DNA of 64,000 bases from an uncultured Nocardioides sp. (GTDB lineage: Bacteria; Actinomycetota; Actinomycetes; Propionibacteriales; Nocardioidaceae), in the NCBI GenBank assembly GCA_902805885.1, contig CADCUM010000027.1:35458-99457 (forward strand), in the 5' to 3' direction. Position 1 is the stretch's first letter; the number at the start of each line of letters is the position of its first letter. A program made the position numbers and the translations under genes. Positions 1 to 9,948 of this stretch are shown piece after piece. The notes below the pieces were generated by a model. It saw nothing but the letters and a program-made list of their open reading frames with translations. It was not told the origin of the DNA and did no database searches.

Positions 1-469
1 GCACCTGGAGGTCCAGCTGCCCCTCGGCCTCGCCGTCGACCAGCATCTCGGCCAGGTCGGCGGTGTTCGTGAGGTTGCCGTTGTGGGCGAGCGCGATCGA
101 GCCGGTCGCGGTCGGGTGGAACGTCGGCTGCGCGTTGTGCCAGGTGCTGGCGCCGGTCGTGGAGTAGCGGCAGTGACCGACGGCGAGGTGCCCCTTGAGG
201 GACTCCAGGGTCGACTCGTCGAAGACCTGCGAGACCAGGCCCATGTCCTTGTAGACCAGGATCTGACGGCCGTTGCTGACGGCGATGCCGGCCGACTCCT
301 GACCCCGGTGCTGCAGGGCGTAGAGGCCGAAGTACGTCAGCTTCGAGACGTCCTCGCCGGGCGCCCAGACGCCGAAGACGCCGCAGGCGTCCTGCGGGCC
401 CTGGTCGTGGGGGTCGATCGCTGCGGTGAGCCGACCGTCTCCGGTCCGCCTGCTCATCGGCTGGGGCAC
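1..469 (-). CDS. purF: amidophosphoribosyltransferase (5' part; runs off the window)
   Basis: Manual minus-strand translation gives PQDACGVFGVW...LYALQHRGQESAGI...GHCRYST...LAHNGNLTN (Ntn glutamine amidotransferase motifs); GTG at 469 lies 7 nt after a TAGACT -10 (alternative ATG at 457). Confidence 0.95.
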   Translation of the reverse strand, partial: MPQPMSRRTGDGRLTAAIDPHDQGPQDACGVFGVWAPGEDVSKLTYFGLYALQHRGQESAGIAVSNGRQILVYKDMGLVSQVFDESTLESLKGHLAVGHCRYSTTGASTWHNAQPTFHPTATGSIALAHNGNLTNTADLAEMLVDGEAEGQLDLQV

Positions 470-544
470 ACCGAGCAGTCTAGGGGCGTACGACGTCCCG
501 CGAGGCATCGCGGTCGAACGCCGATCAGCAGGCGCGCCGACTCG

Positions 545-1885
545 TCAGAGGGAGCCGAGGTTGCGCAGCAGCAGCGCCTCGGCCAGCACGACCTTCTCGA
601 ACTCCGCGAGGTGGAGACCCTCGTTCGCGCCGTGCGCACGGGTGTCGGGGTCCTCCACACCCGTCACGAGCACGCTCGCCCGGGGGAAGGCCTCGAGGAA
701 CTCGGCGATGAAGGGGATCGACCCGCCCACGCCCATGTCGATCGGCTCGGTGCCGTCCCAGGCCTCGGCGAACGCGGCCCGCGCGGCGTCGTACGCCGGT
801 CCGGTGGCGTCGATCTGGGTGGCCTCGCCGGTGTCGACGAGCTCCGTCGCGAGGGTGGCGCCCCACGGCACGTGCTGCTCGAGGTGACGCTGGAGGCAGG
901 CGACGGCGTTGGCAGTGGTGTCGCCGGGCGCGATGCGCAGGCTGATCCGGCAGCGGGCCGCGGGGACGAGGGTGTTGGAGGCGCCCTCGACCTTGGGCGC
1001 GTCGAAGCCGGTGATGGACAGCGCCGGCTTGGTCCACAGCCGCTCGACGGTGGAGCCCGACCCGATCCACTGCACGTCGGCGGTGGCGCCCGACTCGGCG
1101 CGGAGCCGCTCCTCCGGGTAGTCGACGTCGGCCGCGGGGCGGGACGACAGACCCTCGATGACGACGTTGCCCTCGTCGTCGTGCAGGCGCTCGACGAGGC
1201 GGCTCAGCGTCATGATCGCGTCCGGCACGAGCCCGCCCCACATGCCGCTGTGCACGGCGTGGGTGAGGGTGCGGACCTCGACGTCCATCCGCACGAGGCC
1301 GCGCAGGCTGGTGGTCAGCGCCGGCTCGCCGATGTCCCAGTTGCCGGAGTCGGCGATGACGATGACGTCGGCCTCGAGGCGCGCCTTGTGGGCGTCGAGC
1401 AGGTCGACGAGGGTGTCGGACCCGACCTCCTCCTCGCCCTCGATGAACATCACGAGGTTGACCGGCAGGTCGTCGCCGAAGATGCGCGCCGCGCCGAGGT
1501 GGGCGGCGATGCCGGCCTTGTCGTCGGCGGAGCCCCGGGCGTAGAGGCGGCCGTCCCGCTCGGTGGGCTCCCACGGCGGGGAGTCCCAGTCGGCGTGGTC
1601 GTTCTCGGGCTGGACGTCGTGGTGGGCGTAGAGCAGCACCGTCGGCGCGCCCTCCGGTCCGGCCTTCTTCGCGATGACGGCCGGCGGGGCGCCGTCGTAC
1701 GCCCGGACGACCTCGGCCTCGAAGCCCTCCGCCGCGAAGAGGTCCTGCACGGCCACGGCGCACCGCTCCACCTCGGCCGCCCGGGCCGGGTCGGCCGAGA
1801 CGGACTGGATGCGGACGAGGTCCTCGAGGTCGCTGCGGATGCCGGGGAGGACCCCGGCCAGGCGGGCGCGGATGTCGACGGTCAT
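545..1885 (-). CDS. M20 family dipeptidase/metallopeptidase
   Basis: YAHHDVQP, ARGSADDKAG, EGEEE, HSG and GGSIP motifs; ATG at 1885 is 7 nt after TAGGGT. Confidence 0.9.
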   Translation of the reverse strand: MTVDIRARLAGVLPGIRSDLEDLVRIQSVSADPARAAEVERCAVAVQDLFAAEGFEAEVVRAYDGAPPAVIAKKAGPEGAPTVLLYAHHDVQPENDHADWDSPPWEPTERDGRLYARGSADDKAGIAAHLGAARIFGDDLPVNLVMFIEGEEEVGSDTLVDLLDAHKARLEADVIVIADSGNWDIGEPALTTSLRGLVRMDVEVRTLTHAVHSGMWGGLVPDAIMTLSRLVERLHDDEGNVVIEGLSSRPAADVDYPEERLRAESGATADVQWIGSGSTVERLWTKPALSITGFDAPKVEGASNTLVPAARCRISLRIAPGDTTANAVACLQRHLEQHVPWGATLATELVDTGEATQIDATGPAYDAARAAFAEAWDGTEPIDMGVGGSIPFIAEFLEAFPRASVLVTGVEDPDTRAHGANEGLHLAEFEKVVLAEALLLRNLGSL

Positions 1886-1895
1886 GGGCGCCACC

Positions 1896-2717
1896 CTAGG
1901 TGCGCTGCCGGCGCTCCTCCATGTCGGCCCGGGCGCTGCTGCGCTGCTCCATGTTCAGCTGCCGCTCTGTCTCGACGAAGCCCAGGCGGCGGTAGACCCG
2001 GATGGCCTCGTCCTCGGTGTCCGCCACGATCACCAGGGTGCGGACACCGAGGTCCTCGAGTGCGTGACGGCCCGCGGCGTGCACGACCGCTGCGGCCAGG
2101 CCCCGGCGGCGGTGCTCCGGGTGGGTCTCCACGCTCTGGAACCGGGCCACGCCCTCCTCGGTGCGGAAGACCGCGGCGGTGCTGACGACCTCCCCGTCCA
2201 CCAGCGCGCCGAACCGCTCGCCCCGGCCCGCGGTCACCAGGGCCTGCTCCTGCGCGTTGCGGCGGCGGGCGAAGGCCATCGCGGTGTCGAGGTCGGCGCC
2301 CGGGTCGAGGGCGTGGCTCAGCCTCGCGCGGCTCTCCCAGTCCTCCTCGGACACCAGGCGCCGGACCTCGGCGTCCACCGCTCGTGCGGCCGTCAGGTCG
2401 CCGGCGGTCATCACGGCGGAGACGTCGACGGACAGTCCGGCCGCCTCGAACGCGGCCCGGGACTCCTCGGTCAGGTCGGCGGTGTCGATGCCGATGCTGA
2501 CGTGCCGGGCGTCGGGGAACTCGGTGTGGAAGGCCCCGATCACCTCCCGCTCGCCGCCCAGCGCCGGCGGCTCCGCCAGCAGGAGGAAGTTGCCCCAGTA
2601 GTAGGTCGGGTTGTCGGGGGTCCGGATGACGAGGTGGGTGCCCCGGTCCTCGACCACGCTGCCGCTCGCGGTGAGCAGGGCGAGGTCGGTCCGGAAGCCG
2701 AGGGAGCGCACGTCCAT
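1896..2717 (-). CDS. GNAT family N-acetyltransferase
   Basis: VETHPEHRRRGLA acetyl-CoA motif and AIRVYRRLGF. Confidence 0.85.
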   Translation of the reverse strand: MDVRSLGFRTDLALLTASGSVVEDRGTHLVIRTPDNPTYYWGNFLLLAEPPALGGEREVIGAFHTEFPDARHVSIGIDTADLTEESRAAFEAAGLSVDVSAVMTAGDLTAARAVDAEVRRLVSEEDWESRARLSHALDPGADLDTAMAFARRRNAQEQALVTAGRGERFGALVDGEVVSTAAVFRTEEGVARFQSVETHPEHRRRGLAAAVVHAAGRHALEDLGVRTLVIVADTEDEAIRVYRRLGFVETERQLNMEQRSSARADMEERRQRT

Positions 2718-2753
2718 GGGACGGAGGCTAGCGAGGGCTCGGCGCCGGGGGTC

Positions 2754-3095
2754 TCATGCCTCGGTCAGCGGCAGGTACGGCGAGAGGTCCGTGCGCTCGC
2801 CACTGGCCACGACCAGGCCCGAGGCGACCGCGTCGTGCCACGCCGTACGACCGGTCGCCAGGTCCAGCCAGGTGGCGGGGTCGGTCTCCACGACCGCCGG
2901 GGGCGTGCCGCGGGTGTGCCGCACGCCCGGGACGACCTGGGCGGCGGCGTACGGCGGGACCCGCACCTCCACCGACGCGCCGGGAGCACGCTCGGCGAGG
3001 ACCGCGAGGTAGTGCTTGACGAGCGCGCGGGTGTCGCCCAGCGAGGTCGCCTCGGCCAGATCGGCAGCGGAGAGGGCGCGGAGTCGGACGGGCAC
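2754..3095 (-). CDS. sterol carrier (SCP2-like) family protein
   Basis: PGASVEVRVPPYAAAQ...HTRGTPPAVVETD...ASGERTDLS motifs; usual neighbour of purF/purL in actinomycetes. Confidence 0.8.
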   Translation of the reverse strand: MPVRLRALSAADLAEATSLGDTRALVKHYLAVLAERAPGASVEVRVPPYAAAQVVPGVRHTRGTPPAVVETDPATWLDLATGRTAWHDAVASGLVVASGERTDLSPYLPLTEA

Positions 3096-3151
3096 CGGGG
3101 CAGGCTAGTCCGAACGGGTGGGCGAGGTAGCCCGAAAGAACCACCAGGGTC

Positions 3152-3180
3152 TTGTCAGTGGCCTCCGTCACATCTAAGTT
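3152..3180 (+). promoter_or_regulatory. sigmaA-type promoter of the aminopeptidase gene
   Basis: TTGTCA-17 nt-TAAGTT, 48 nt upstream of ATG 3229. Confidence 0.55.
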
Positions 3181-3228
3181 CACCCGGTGCCCTCGATCCG
3201 ATCCAGGGCCCATTCCCGAGGAGAACAG

Positions 3229-4797
3229 ATGAACCACACCCTGCGCAGGAGCTCGCGGTCCACCCGTACCGCGTTCCTGGCCACGGTCTCGACGGCAGCG
3301 CTCGCCACCGCAGCGCTGTCCGTCCCGGCCGCCAACGGCGACACCCCGACCTCGCCCACCGACGAGCTGCGCGACCGAGTCACGGTCGCCGGCGTCATGG
3401 AGCACGTCCAGGCCTTCCAGGACATCGCCGACGCCAACGGCGGCACCCGTGCCTCCGGCACGCCCGGCTACGCCGCGTCCCGCGACTACGTCGTGAACAG
3501 GCTGCGCGCCGCGGGCTACAGCCCGACCGTCCAGGAGTTCGAGTTCCCGTTCTACCGCCAGCTCGAGCCGGGCGTCTTCGAGCAGACCGCGCCCACGCAG
3601 CGCACCTTCGTCGACGGCACCGACTTCGCGCTGATGACCTACTCCGGGTCCGGCGACGTCACCGCGCCCGTCCAGGCCGTCGACCTCAACCTGGCCGGCA
3701 CCTCCACGAGCGGCTGCGAGGCCAGCGACTTCACCGGCTTCACGGCCGGCAACATCGCGCTCATCCGCCGCGGCACGTGCTCGTTCGGCCAGAAGGTCAC
3801 CAACGCCCAGGCCGCCGGCGCAGCCGCCGTCATCGTGATGAACACCGCCCCGGGCAGCGCCGCGTTCGCCGGGACGCTCGGCGGCCCCGTCGCCACGGTC
3901 CCCGCCATCGGCACCAGCTACGCGATCGGCGAGTCGCTCGCGTCGGGCGCCACCGCCCGCGTCAAGACGGTGACCGAGTCGGCGATCCGCAAGACGTGGA
4001 ACATCCACGCGGAGGGCAAGGCCGTCAAGAAGGGCGCCACGACCGTGGTTCAGTCCGGCGCCCACCTCGACAGCGTCGTCGCCGGTCCGGGAGAGAACGA
4101 CAACGTCTCCGGCTCCGCCGCCCTCCTCGAGGTCGCCGAGCAGATGTCCGGGCGCAGGACCAAGAACCGGATCCGCTACTCGTGGTGGGCCGCTGAGGAG
4201 CTGGGCCTGCTCGGTTCGAGGCACTACATCAACGACCTCGCGACCAACAGCCCGGACAAGCTGGCCCAGATCGAGCTCTACCTCAACTTCGACATGATCG
4301 GCTCGCCCAACTACGGCCTGTTCGTCTATGACGGCGACAACTCCGCCTTCCCCGTCGGTCCCGGCGCCGCCCTGGGTCCGCAGGGGTCGGCCCAGATCGA
4401 GAAGATGTTCCACGACTACTTCGCGTCCCAGGGGCTGCCGTCGGCCGAGACTCCGTTCAGCGGCCGCAGCGACTACGGACCGTTCATCGAGAAGGGCATC
4501 CCCGCGGGCGGTCTCTTCACGGGCGCCGAGGGCATCAAGACCGAGTCCCAGGCCGCGCTCTTCGGCGGCCAGGCCGGCGTCGCGTACGACGTCTGCTACC
4601 ACCAGGCGTGCGACACCGTGAACAACGTCAACCGCGATGCCATCGACGCCAACTCCGACGCCATGGCCCACGCCGTCCTGACCTACGCCACGAGCCTGGA
4701 GTCGGTCATGGAGCCGGTCACCGGTGACGTCCACGGTGACGGCACCCCCAGCGGTGGCGGTCTGCACGACCACGAGCACGAGGAGCCCAGCAACTGA
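3229..4797 (+). CDS. secreted M28 aminopeptidase with PA domain
   Basis: Signal peptide; PA domain (IALIRRGTCSFGQK); GAHLDSV, GENDNVSG, AEELGLLGS, GRSDY and CYHQACD motifs. Confidence 0.9.
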   Translation: MNHTLRRSSRSTRTAFLATVSTAALATAALSVPAANGDTPTSPTDELRDRVTVAGVMEHVQAFQDIADANGGTRASGTPGYAASRDYVVNRLRAAGYSPTVQEFEFPFYRQLEPGVFEQTAPTQRTFVDGTDFALMTYSGSGDVTAPVQAVDLNLAGTSTSGCEASDFTGFTAGNIALIRRGTCSFGQKVTNAQAAGAAAVIVMNTAPGSAAFAGTLGGPVATVPAIGTSYAIGESLASGATARVKTVTESAIRKTWNIHAEGKAVKKGATTVVQSGAHLDSVVAGPGENDNVSGSAALLEVAEQMSGRRTKNRIRYSWWAAEELGLLGSRHYINDLATNSPDKLAQIELYLNFDMIGSPNYGLFVYDGDNSAFPVGPGAALGPQGSAQIEKMFHDYFASQGLPSAETPFSGRSDYGPFIEKGIPAGGLFTGAEGIKTESQAALFGGQAGVAYDVCYHQACDTVNNVNRDAIDANSDAMAHAVLTYATSLESVMEPVTGDVHGDGTPSGGGLHDHEHEEPSN

Positions 4798-4820
4798 TCG
4801 ACGCTCCACCGCACCACTGG

Positions 4821-4852
4821 CGAAGGGCCCCCGCTCCGGCGGGGGCCCTTCG
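4821..4852. terminator. hairpin terminator between convergent genes
   Basis: Perfect 14-bp stem cgaagggcccccgc/gcgggggcccttcg with 4-nt loop. Confidence 0.75.
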
Positions 4853-4880
4853 TCGTCCGCGAGTGCCTGTCGAGACCCGC

Positions 4881-5768
4881 TCAGGCGATGCCGTCGAGCA
4901 CCTCGACCACGGCAGCCCAGGCCTCCGTCGGCGGCTCGATCACCGCGAAGTGCCCGCCGGTCACCTCGACCAGGGTCGCCTCACCGCCTGCCTCCGTGGC
5001 CGCTGCGACGTAGCGCCGGGCCTGGCTGAACGGCACGGTGTCGTCGTCGACGGCGTGCACCGCCCACACCGGCGCGTCGAGGGGGACCTGCGAGATCGGG
5101 TCGGCGCGCTCGTACGCCGTCGCGTCGGGGTCGCTCCCGAGGAACGCCAGCGCCGCACCACCCCCGAGGTCCTCGGCGACCGCCGCGTGCAGGTCGAGCA
5201 CGCCCGCCTGGCTGACCACGTGGGTCACCGCGGGGCCACCGGTCCACGGCTCGAAGCGGCCTCGGGCGGCCGCCCAGGTGGCGAGGTGCCCGCCGGCGGA
5301 GTGGCCGAGGGTGACCACGACCCCCGTGGCGAGGTCCTCGACCACGCCGATCGCCGCGTGGACGTCGTCCAGGGTCGCGGGGTACCCACCGCCGTTGCCC
5401 ACGCGGCGGTACTCCACGTTGGCGGTGGTCCAGCCGCGGCGGGCGAGGTCCACGGCCAGCGGGGCGCCGTACTCAGCGCCGTACTGCGCCTTCCAGAACC
5501 CCCCGTGGACGACCACCACGAGGCCACGGCTCGTCCCTGCCGGGCGGTGGACGTCGACCCACTGGCTCGGGTCGGGACCGTAGGTCCGGCGCTCGACCCC
5601 ACCCTCGGCTGGGCTCTCGGCTCCACGGTCGACGTCGGGCTCGGCGACGTCGGGCTCGGCTCCGTCCACGGGCTCCTCCTCGGGACCGCCGGGTCGTCCG
5701 CACGCCGCCAGCGGGGTGGCCGCCGCAGCCACGAGCAGCGCCCGGCGACGCGCCCGCGGGATGTCCAT
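4881..5768 (-). CDS. alpha/beta hydrolase (esterase/lipase), probable Tat lipoprotein
   Basis: HGGFW oxyanion motif, GHSAGG nucleophile, D..VP and GGH; N-terminal RRRALL...LAAC. Confidence 0.85.
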   Translation of the reverse strand: MDIPRARRRALLVAAAATPLAACGRPGGPEEEPVDGAEPDVAEPDVDRGAESPAEGGVERRTYGPDPSQWVDVHRPAGTSRGLVVVVHGGFWKAQYGAEYGAPLAVDLARRGWTTANVEYRRVGNGGGYPATLDDVHAAIGVVEDLATGVVVTLGHSAGGHLATWAAARGRFEPWTGGPAVTHVVSQAGVLDLHAAVAEDLGGGAALAFLGSDPDATAYERADPISQVPLDAPVWAVHAVDDDTVPFSQARRYVAAATEAGGEATLVEVTGGHFAVIEPPTEAWAAVVEVLDGIA

Positions 5769-5804
5769 GCACCCGACCCTAGGCTGCGGCCCTCGCGTGG
5801 CGGG

Positions 5805-8114
5805 TCAGGAGCCGAGTGCCGCCGGCAGCGTCGCGCGCCAGGCCTCCATCGCGTCGGCCACGGGGAGCTCGAGCTGGTCCTCGACCACGATGGCGCCGCC
5901 GCCGGTGTGTCCCAGGCGGGTCAGGGGCACGCCGTGGCGCTCGGCGAGCGCGACCAGCGTCTCCTCGTGCTCCTGGGTCGCCGTGACGAGCACCCGGGCG
6001 GTCGACTCGGAGAACAGGGCCACGAACGGGTCGCCGCCGGCGACCTCGCCGACCGAGACCGAGACACCGACGCCGTGCCGGAGGCAGGACTCGGCCAGGG
6101 CCTGTGCCAGGCCGCCGTCGGAGAGGTCATGGGCACTCGTGAGGACCGTCTCGGCTGCGGCCTCCTGGAGCAGCTCGGCCAGCGCCTGCTCGGCGCGGAG
6201 GTCGACGCGCGGGGGCACACCGCCGAGGTGCCCGTGGACGACGTGCGCCCACTCGGACCCCGAGAGCTCGTCGCGGGTCTCCCCCAGCAGGAAGACCGTG
6301 TCCCCCTCGCCGGCGAAGCCGGTCGGCGTACGGCGCGTGACGTCCTCGATCACGCCGAGCACCGCGACCACCGGCGTCGGGAGGATGGCCGTCTCACCGG
6401 TCTGGTTGTAGAGGCTGACGTTGCCGCCGGTGACCGGGATGCCGAGCTCGAGGCATGCGTCCTTGAGCCCGCGGCACGCCTCCGCGAACTGCCACATCAC
6501 GTCGGGGTCCTCCGGGGACCCGAAGTTGAGGCAGTCGGACACCGCCACCGGCCGCGCTCCGCCGGTGGCGACGTTGCGGAAGGACTCGGCGAGCGCGAGC
6601 TGGGCGCCGGCGTAGGGGTCGAGCTTGGCGAAGCGGCCGTTGCAGTCGGTCGACACCGCCACCCCGAGGCCGCTCTCGGCGTCGACGCGCACCATCCCCG
6701 AGTCGGACGGCTGGGCCAGCACGGTGTTGCCCTGGACGTAGCGGTCGTACTGGTCGGTGATCCACGACTTGTCGCAGAGGTTGGGGCTCGCGACCATGCG
6801 GAGCAGCGTCGCGCGCAGCTCGTCCCCGGTGGTCGGACGCGGCAGCGACCGCGCGTCGTCGGACTGGAGGTCGTCCTGCCACGACGGTCGCGCGTAGGGG
6901 CGGTGGTAGGTCGGGCCGTCGTGGGCGACCGAGCGGGGCGGTACGTCGACGACGCGCTCCCCGTGCCAGTCGATCTGGAGCCGCCCGGTGTCGGTGACCT
7001 CGCCGACGACGACCGCCTCGACGTCCCACCGGGCGCAGATCTCCATGAAGACGTCGACGTCGGCGGGCTCGACGACCGCCATCATCCGCTCCTGCGACTC
7101 GCTCATCAGGATCTCCTCCGGCGCGAGGGTGGAGTCCCGCAGCGGCACCCGGTCGAGCTCGACGTGCATGCCTCCGTCACCCGCGGAGGCCAGCTCCGAC
7201 GTCGCGCACGACAACCCCGCACCACCGAGGTCCTGGATGCCGGCGATCACCCCGGCAGCGAAGAGCTGGAGGGTGCACTCGATCAGGAGCTTCTCCATGA
7301 ACGGGTCGCCGACCTGCACGCTGGGGCGCTTCGCGGGACCTCCCTGCCCGTCCACCCCGGCGTCGAAGGTCTCGCTCGCGAGCACGGAGACCCCGCCGAT
7401 GCCGTCCCCGCCGGTGCGGGCGCCGTACAGGACCACCTTGTTCCCCACCCCGGAGGCCTTCGCGAGGTGGAGGTCCTCGTGGCGCAGCACGCCCACGCAG
7501 AGGGCGTTGACGAGCGGGTTGCCCGCGTAGGTCTCGTCGAAGACCGCTTCGCCACCGATGTTGGGCAGCCCGAGGCAGTTCCCGTAGCCACCGACGCCCG
7601 CGACGATCCCGGGAAGGACCCGGCCGGTGTCAGGCGCGTCGAGGGGGCCGAAGCGCAGGGGGTCCATCACCGCGACGGGGCGGGCGCCCATCGCCAGGAT
7701 GTCGCGGACGATGCCGCCGACACCCGTCGCCGCGCCCTGGTAGGGCTCGACGAACGACGGATGGTTGTGGCTCTCCACCTTGAACGTCACGGCGTAGCCC
7801 TGGCCGATGTCGATGACCCCGGCGTTCTCCCCGATGCCGGCGAGCATCGCGCCCACGGGGGTCTCCTGGGGGATCTCGCCGAACTGCTTGAGGTGCACCT
7901 TGGTGGACTTGTAGGAGCAGTGCTCGCTCCACATCACGGAGTACATCGCCAGCTCGGAGCTGGTGGGGCGACGGCCGAGGATCTCGCGGATGCCGGCGTA
8001 CTCGTCGGCCTTGAGCCCGAGGTCCGCCCACGGCTGCTCCCGCTCGGCGTCCGCGGCCGCCCCGGCGACCGTGTCGAGGCGAGCTCCGGACCGGGCGGCA
8101 GTCGTGTCTGGCAC
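5805..8114 (-). CDS. purL: phosphoribosylformylglycinamidine synthase subunit PurL
   Basis: [32 protein letters not shown] and LNFGSPE motifs; GTG 8114 is 7 nt after TAGATT. Confidence 0.97.
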   Translation of the reverse strand: MPDTTAARSGARLDTVAGAAADAEREQPWADLGLKADEYAGIREILGRRPTSSELAMYSVMWSEHCSYKSTKVHLKQFGEIPQETPVGAMLAGIGENAGVIDIGQGYAVTFKVESHNHPSFVEPYQGAATGVGGIVRDILAMGARPVAVMDPLRFGPLDAPDTGRVLPGIVAGVGGYGNCLGLPNIGGEAVFDETYAGNPLVNALCVGVLRHEDLHLAKASGVGNKVVLYGARTGGDGIGGVSVLASETFDAGVDGQGGPAKRPSVQVGDPFMEKLLIECTLQLFAAGVIAGIQDLGGAGLSCATSELASAGDGGMHVELDRVPLRDSTLAPEEILMSESQERMMAVVEPADVDVFMEICARWDVEAVVVGEVTDTGRLQIDWHGERVVDVPPRSVAHDGPTYHRPYARPSWQDDLQSDDARSLPRPTTGDELRATLLRMVASPNLCDKSWITDQYDRYVQGNTVLAQPSDSGMVRVDAESGLGVAVSTDCNGRFAKLDPYAGAQLALAESFRNVATGGARPVAVSDCLNFGSPEDPDVMWQFAEACRGLKDACLELGIPVTGGNVSLYNQTGETAILPTPVVAVLGVIEDVTRRTPTGFAGEGDTVFLLGETRDELSGSEWAHVVHGHLGGVPPRVDLRAEQALAELLQEAAAETVLTSAHDLSDGGLAQALAESCLRHGVGVSVSVGEVAGGDPFVALFSESTARVLVTATQEHEETLVALAERHGVPLTRLGHTGGGAIVVEDQLELPVADAMEAWRATLPAALGS

Positions 8115-8127
8115 GACGCAGAATCTA

Positions 8128-9375
8128 CTAGCGACGACCGGGCCCGTCCTCGTCGGGCGCGACCCGGCCCTCCTCGCCCGCAGCCGGGGGCGTCCGGTCG
8201 CGCGCTCCCTCCCGCTGGGCACGTCGCGCCGCCCGCTCCGCCTGCCGCTCGGCGATCAGCTTGCGCTTGGCCTCGCGGGCCTCCTCCTTCTCGCGAGCCA
8301 GGCGTGCGGCGCGGTCCTCCGGCGACTCCAGCTGGGGACGCAACGGCTTCCCGCCCCGCGGTCCGGACGACCCCCCGGAGCGACCGGTGCCCGAGGGCCC
8401 GCCCGAGCGCCCTCCGACCCCGGACGTGCCCGCTCCGCCGGGCCGGCCGAGGGCGCCGCCGCGCATCGCGGCGCCGGCTGCCATGCCCCCCATGGGGGCC
8501 ATTCCCGTCCCTGCTGACGGCGCCTGGGGGTCCGGCTTCCGCCCCCGTCGAGCAGCCGCTCGGCCGGCCAGCCCCGTTCCGGCCGCCAGCGCCGCGGCGG
8601 AGAGCCCGGTGAGGTCGGGGGCGGAGAAGGACACCGGCGCGAGGGCGGGGAGGACGGGGGTGCCGGCCGCACCGGCGACACCCGCTCCACCCACGCCCGG
8701 TCCACCGGCAGCGGCGCCGGCCACCGACGTGGAGCCGGGGGCTCCCGATGCCGTGCCCAGCCCCGAGGTGAGGCCCCAGGTCCCGCCGTCACCGGGACCG
8801 AGGAGGCTCTCGCCCAGGTCCCCGACCGCGCTCGCGACGCCGACGGGCCACTCGCCGCCCACCATCTGGACCAGCTCGCTGCGCACGGTGGTGACCTCCA
8901 TCCGTGCGTTGCGCAACCGGGCGGACTCGGCGTCGAGCTGGAGATCGAGGCGGCTGCGGATCGCCTCGGCCGCCCCGGTGGCGCTGCGGACCAGCTCCTC
9001 GTCAGCGGGCGTCGCCGGTCGGAGCACCAGCACCTGCTGGCTCCCGATCAGCTCGTGGGGCACGACGGCGACCGGGCCCCAGGCGCGGTCCAGCTCCTCC
9101 TGGGCCGTGGTCATCAGCCCCGCGAGCGCGGTCAGGGAGCTCCCGATGTGGGCGGCCACCGTCGTGAACGTGTCGATCTGCTGGACCAGCCGCCGGCGCT
9201 GGTCCTCGAAGCTCTCGGCCGCCTCCGACTCCCAGCCCTGGTCGAGCGCGTGCCGGGCCGCGGCCACGATGTCGTCGGCCGTCCTCGACAGCCCGGCCGA
9301 GATCCGGCCCCACTGGCGGGCCCCCTCCTCGAGCGGCCGGACGTCGGCTCGCAGCTGCCACAGGTGCGGGATCAT
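8128..9375 (-). CDS. WXG100-like N-terminal domain protein with Gly/Ala/Pro-rich region and charged C-terminal helix (putative T7SS substrate)
   Basis: MIPHLWQL...[18 protein letters not shown] helical hairpin (W-x-S variant of WxG); MAPMGGM Gly-rich linker as in PPE/EspB-like proteins; ATG overlaps the upstream TGA. Confidence 0.65.
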   Translation of the reverse strand: MIPHLWQLRADVRPLEEGARQWGRISAGLSRTADDIVAAARHALDQGWESEAAESFEDQRRRLVQQIDTFTTVAAHIGSSLTALAGLMTTAQEELDRAWGPVAVVPHELIGSQQVLVLRPATPADEELVRSATGAAEAIRSRLDLQLDAESARLRNARMEVTTVRSELVQMVGGEWPVGVASAVGDLGESLLGPGDGGTWGLTSGLGTASGAPGSTSVAGAAAGGPGVGGAGVAGAAGTPVLPALAPVSFSAPDLTGLSAAALAAGTGLAGRAAARRGRKPDPQAPSAGTGMAPMGGMAAGAAMRGGALGRPGGAGTSGVGGRSGGPSGTGRSGGSSGPRGGKPLRPQLESPEDRAARLAREKEEAREAKRKLIAERQAERAARRAQREGARDRTPPAAGEEGRVAPDEDGPGRR

Positions 9376-9737
9376 CCGCCGTGCCCCTCTCCTGCGTGTC
9401 CGGGCTCGTCCCAGCCGCCGTGCCGTCCCCGGCCCGCAGCGGCACGGTCGATCTCGAACGCCACCGCCTCGTCGGCCTGCGAGACGTCCCGGGCGGAGTC
9501 GATCAGGGCGGCCACGCCGCCTTCGAGCGCGTGTGCCAGGCCCCACACCACCTCGTCGGCGGAGTCCAGGGCCTCGGCATACGCCTGGGCCACCCCGCTC
9601 ACGGCCGTGCCCTCGCCGAGGTGGCCGCCGGCGGCGCGCAGGCCGACCGACGCCTCCGTCCACTCGATGACCAGCCGCTGGACGGCTTCGTCGCAGCGGC
9701 CGGCGAGCTCGACGACCCGGTGCGGGTCGACGCGCAT
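9372..9737 (-). CDS. small helical ESX/EspC-like protein
   Basis: 121 aa; MRVDP start and C-terminal LIDSARDVSQADEAVA resemble small type VII secretion targets; translationally coupled to the next gene. Confidence 0.6.
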   Translation of the reverse strand: MRVDPHRVVELAGRCDEAVQRLVIEWTEASVGLRAAGGHLGEGTAVSGVAQAYAEALDSADEVVWGLAHALEGGVAALIDSARDVSQADEAVAFEIDRAAAGRGRHGGWDEPGHAGEGHGG

Positions 9738-9948
9738 GGACCGGTTCCCACGAGGTGCGCTCACCTCCTTCCGATACCCGGCTGCCCGTCGGCCAAACCC
9801 CGTCCACAGGCGGGCTGCCCAAAATCCCGGCGGTGTCCGGTTTCGCACGGTCCTCGACGGGGAATCTGCGTCGTGTCCCCCTCGCAGGAACCCCCTCGGC
9901 ACCCACTCGGACGACGCCTGCGAGAACACCGCACCACCAGGAGGCCCG

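Noticed and set aside
83-2185. 700-aa plus-strand ORF, and similar long ORFs such as 4863-8612, 21252-24041, 26571-29996, 36936-39104 and 61291-63864
   Set aside because: Antisense or off-frame shadows of recognisable genes; stop-poor frames are expected at this GC content and the translations have no motifs
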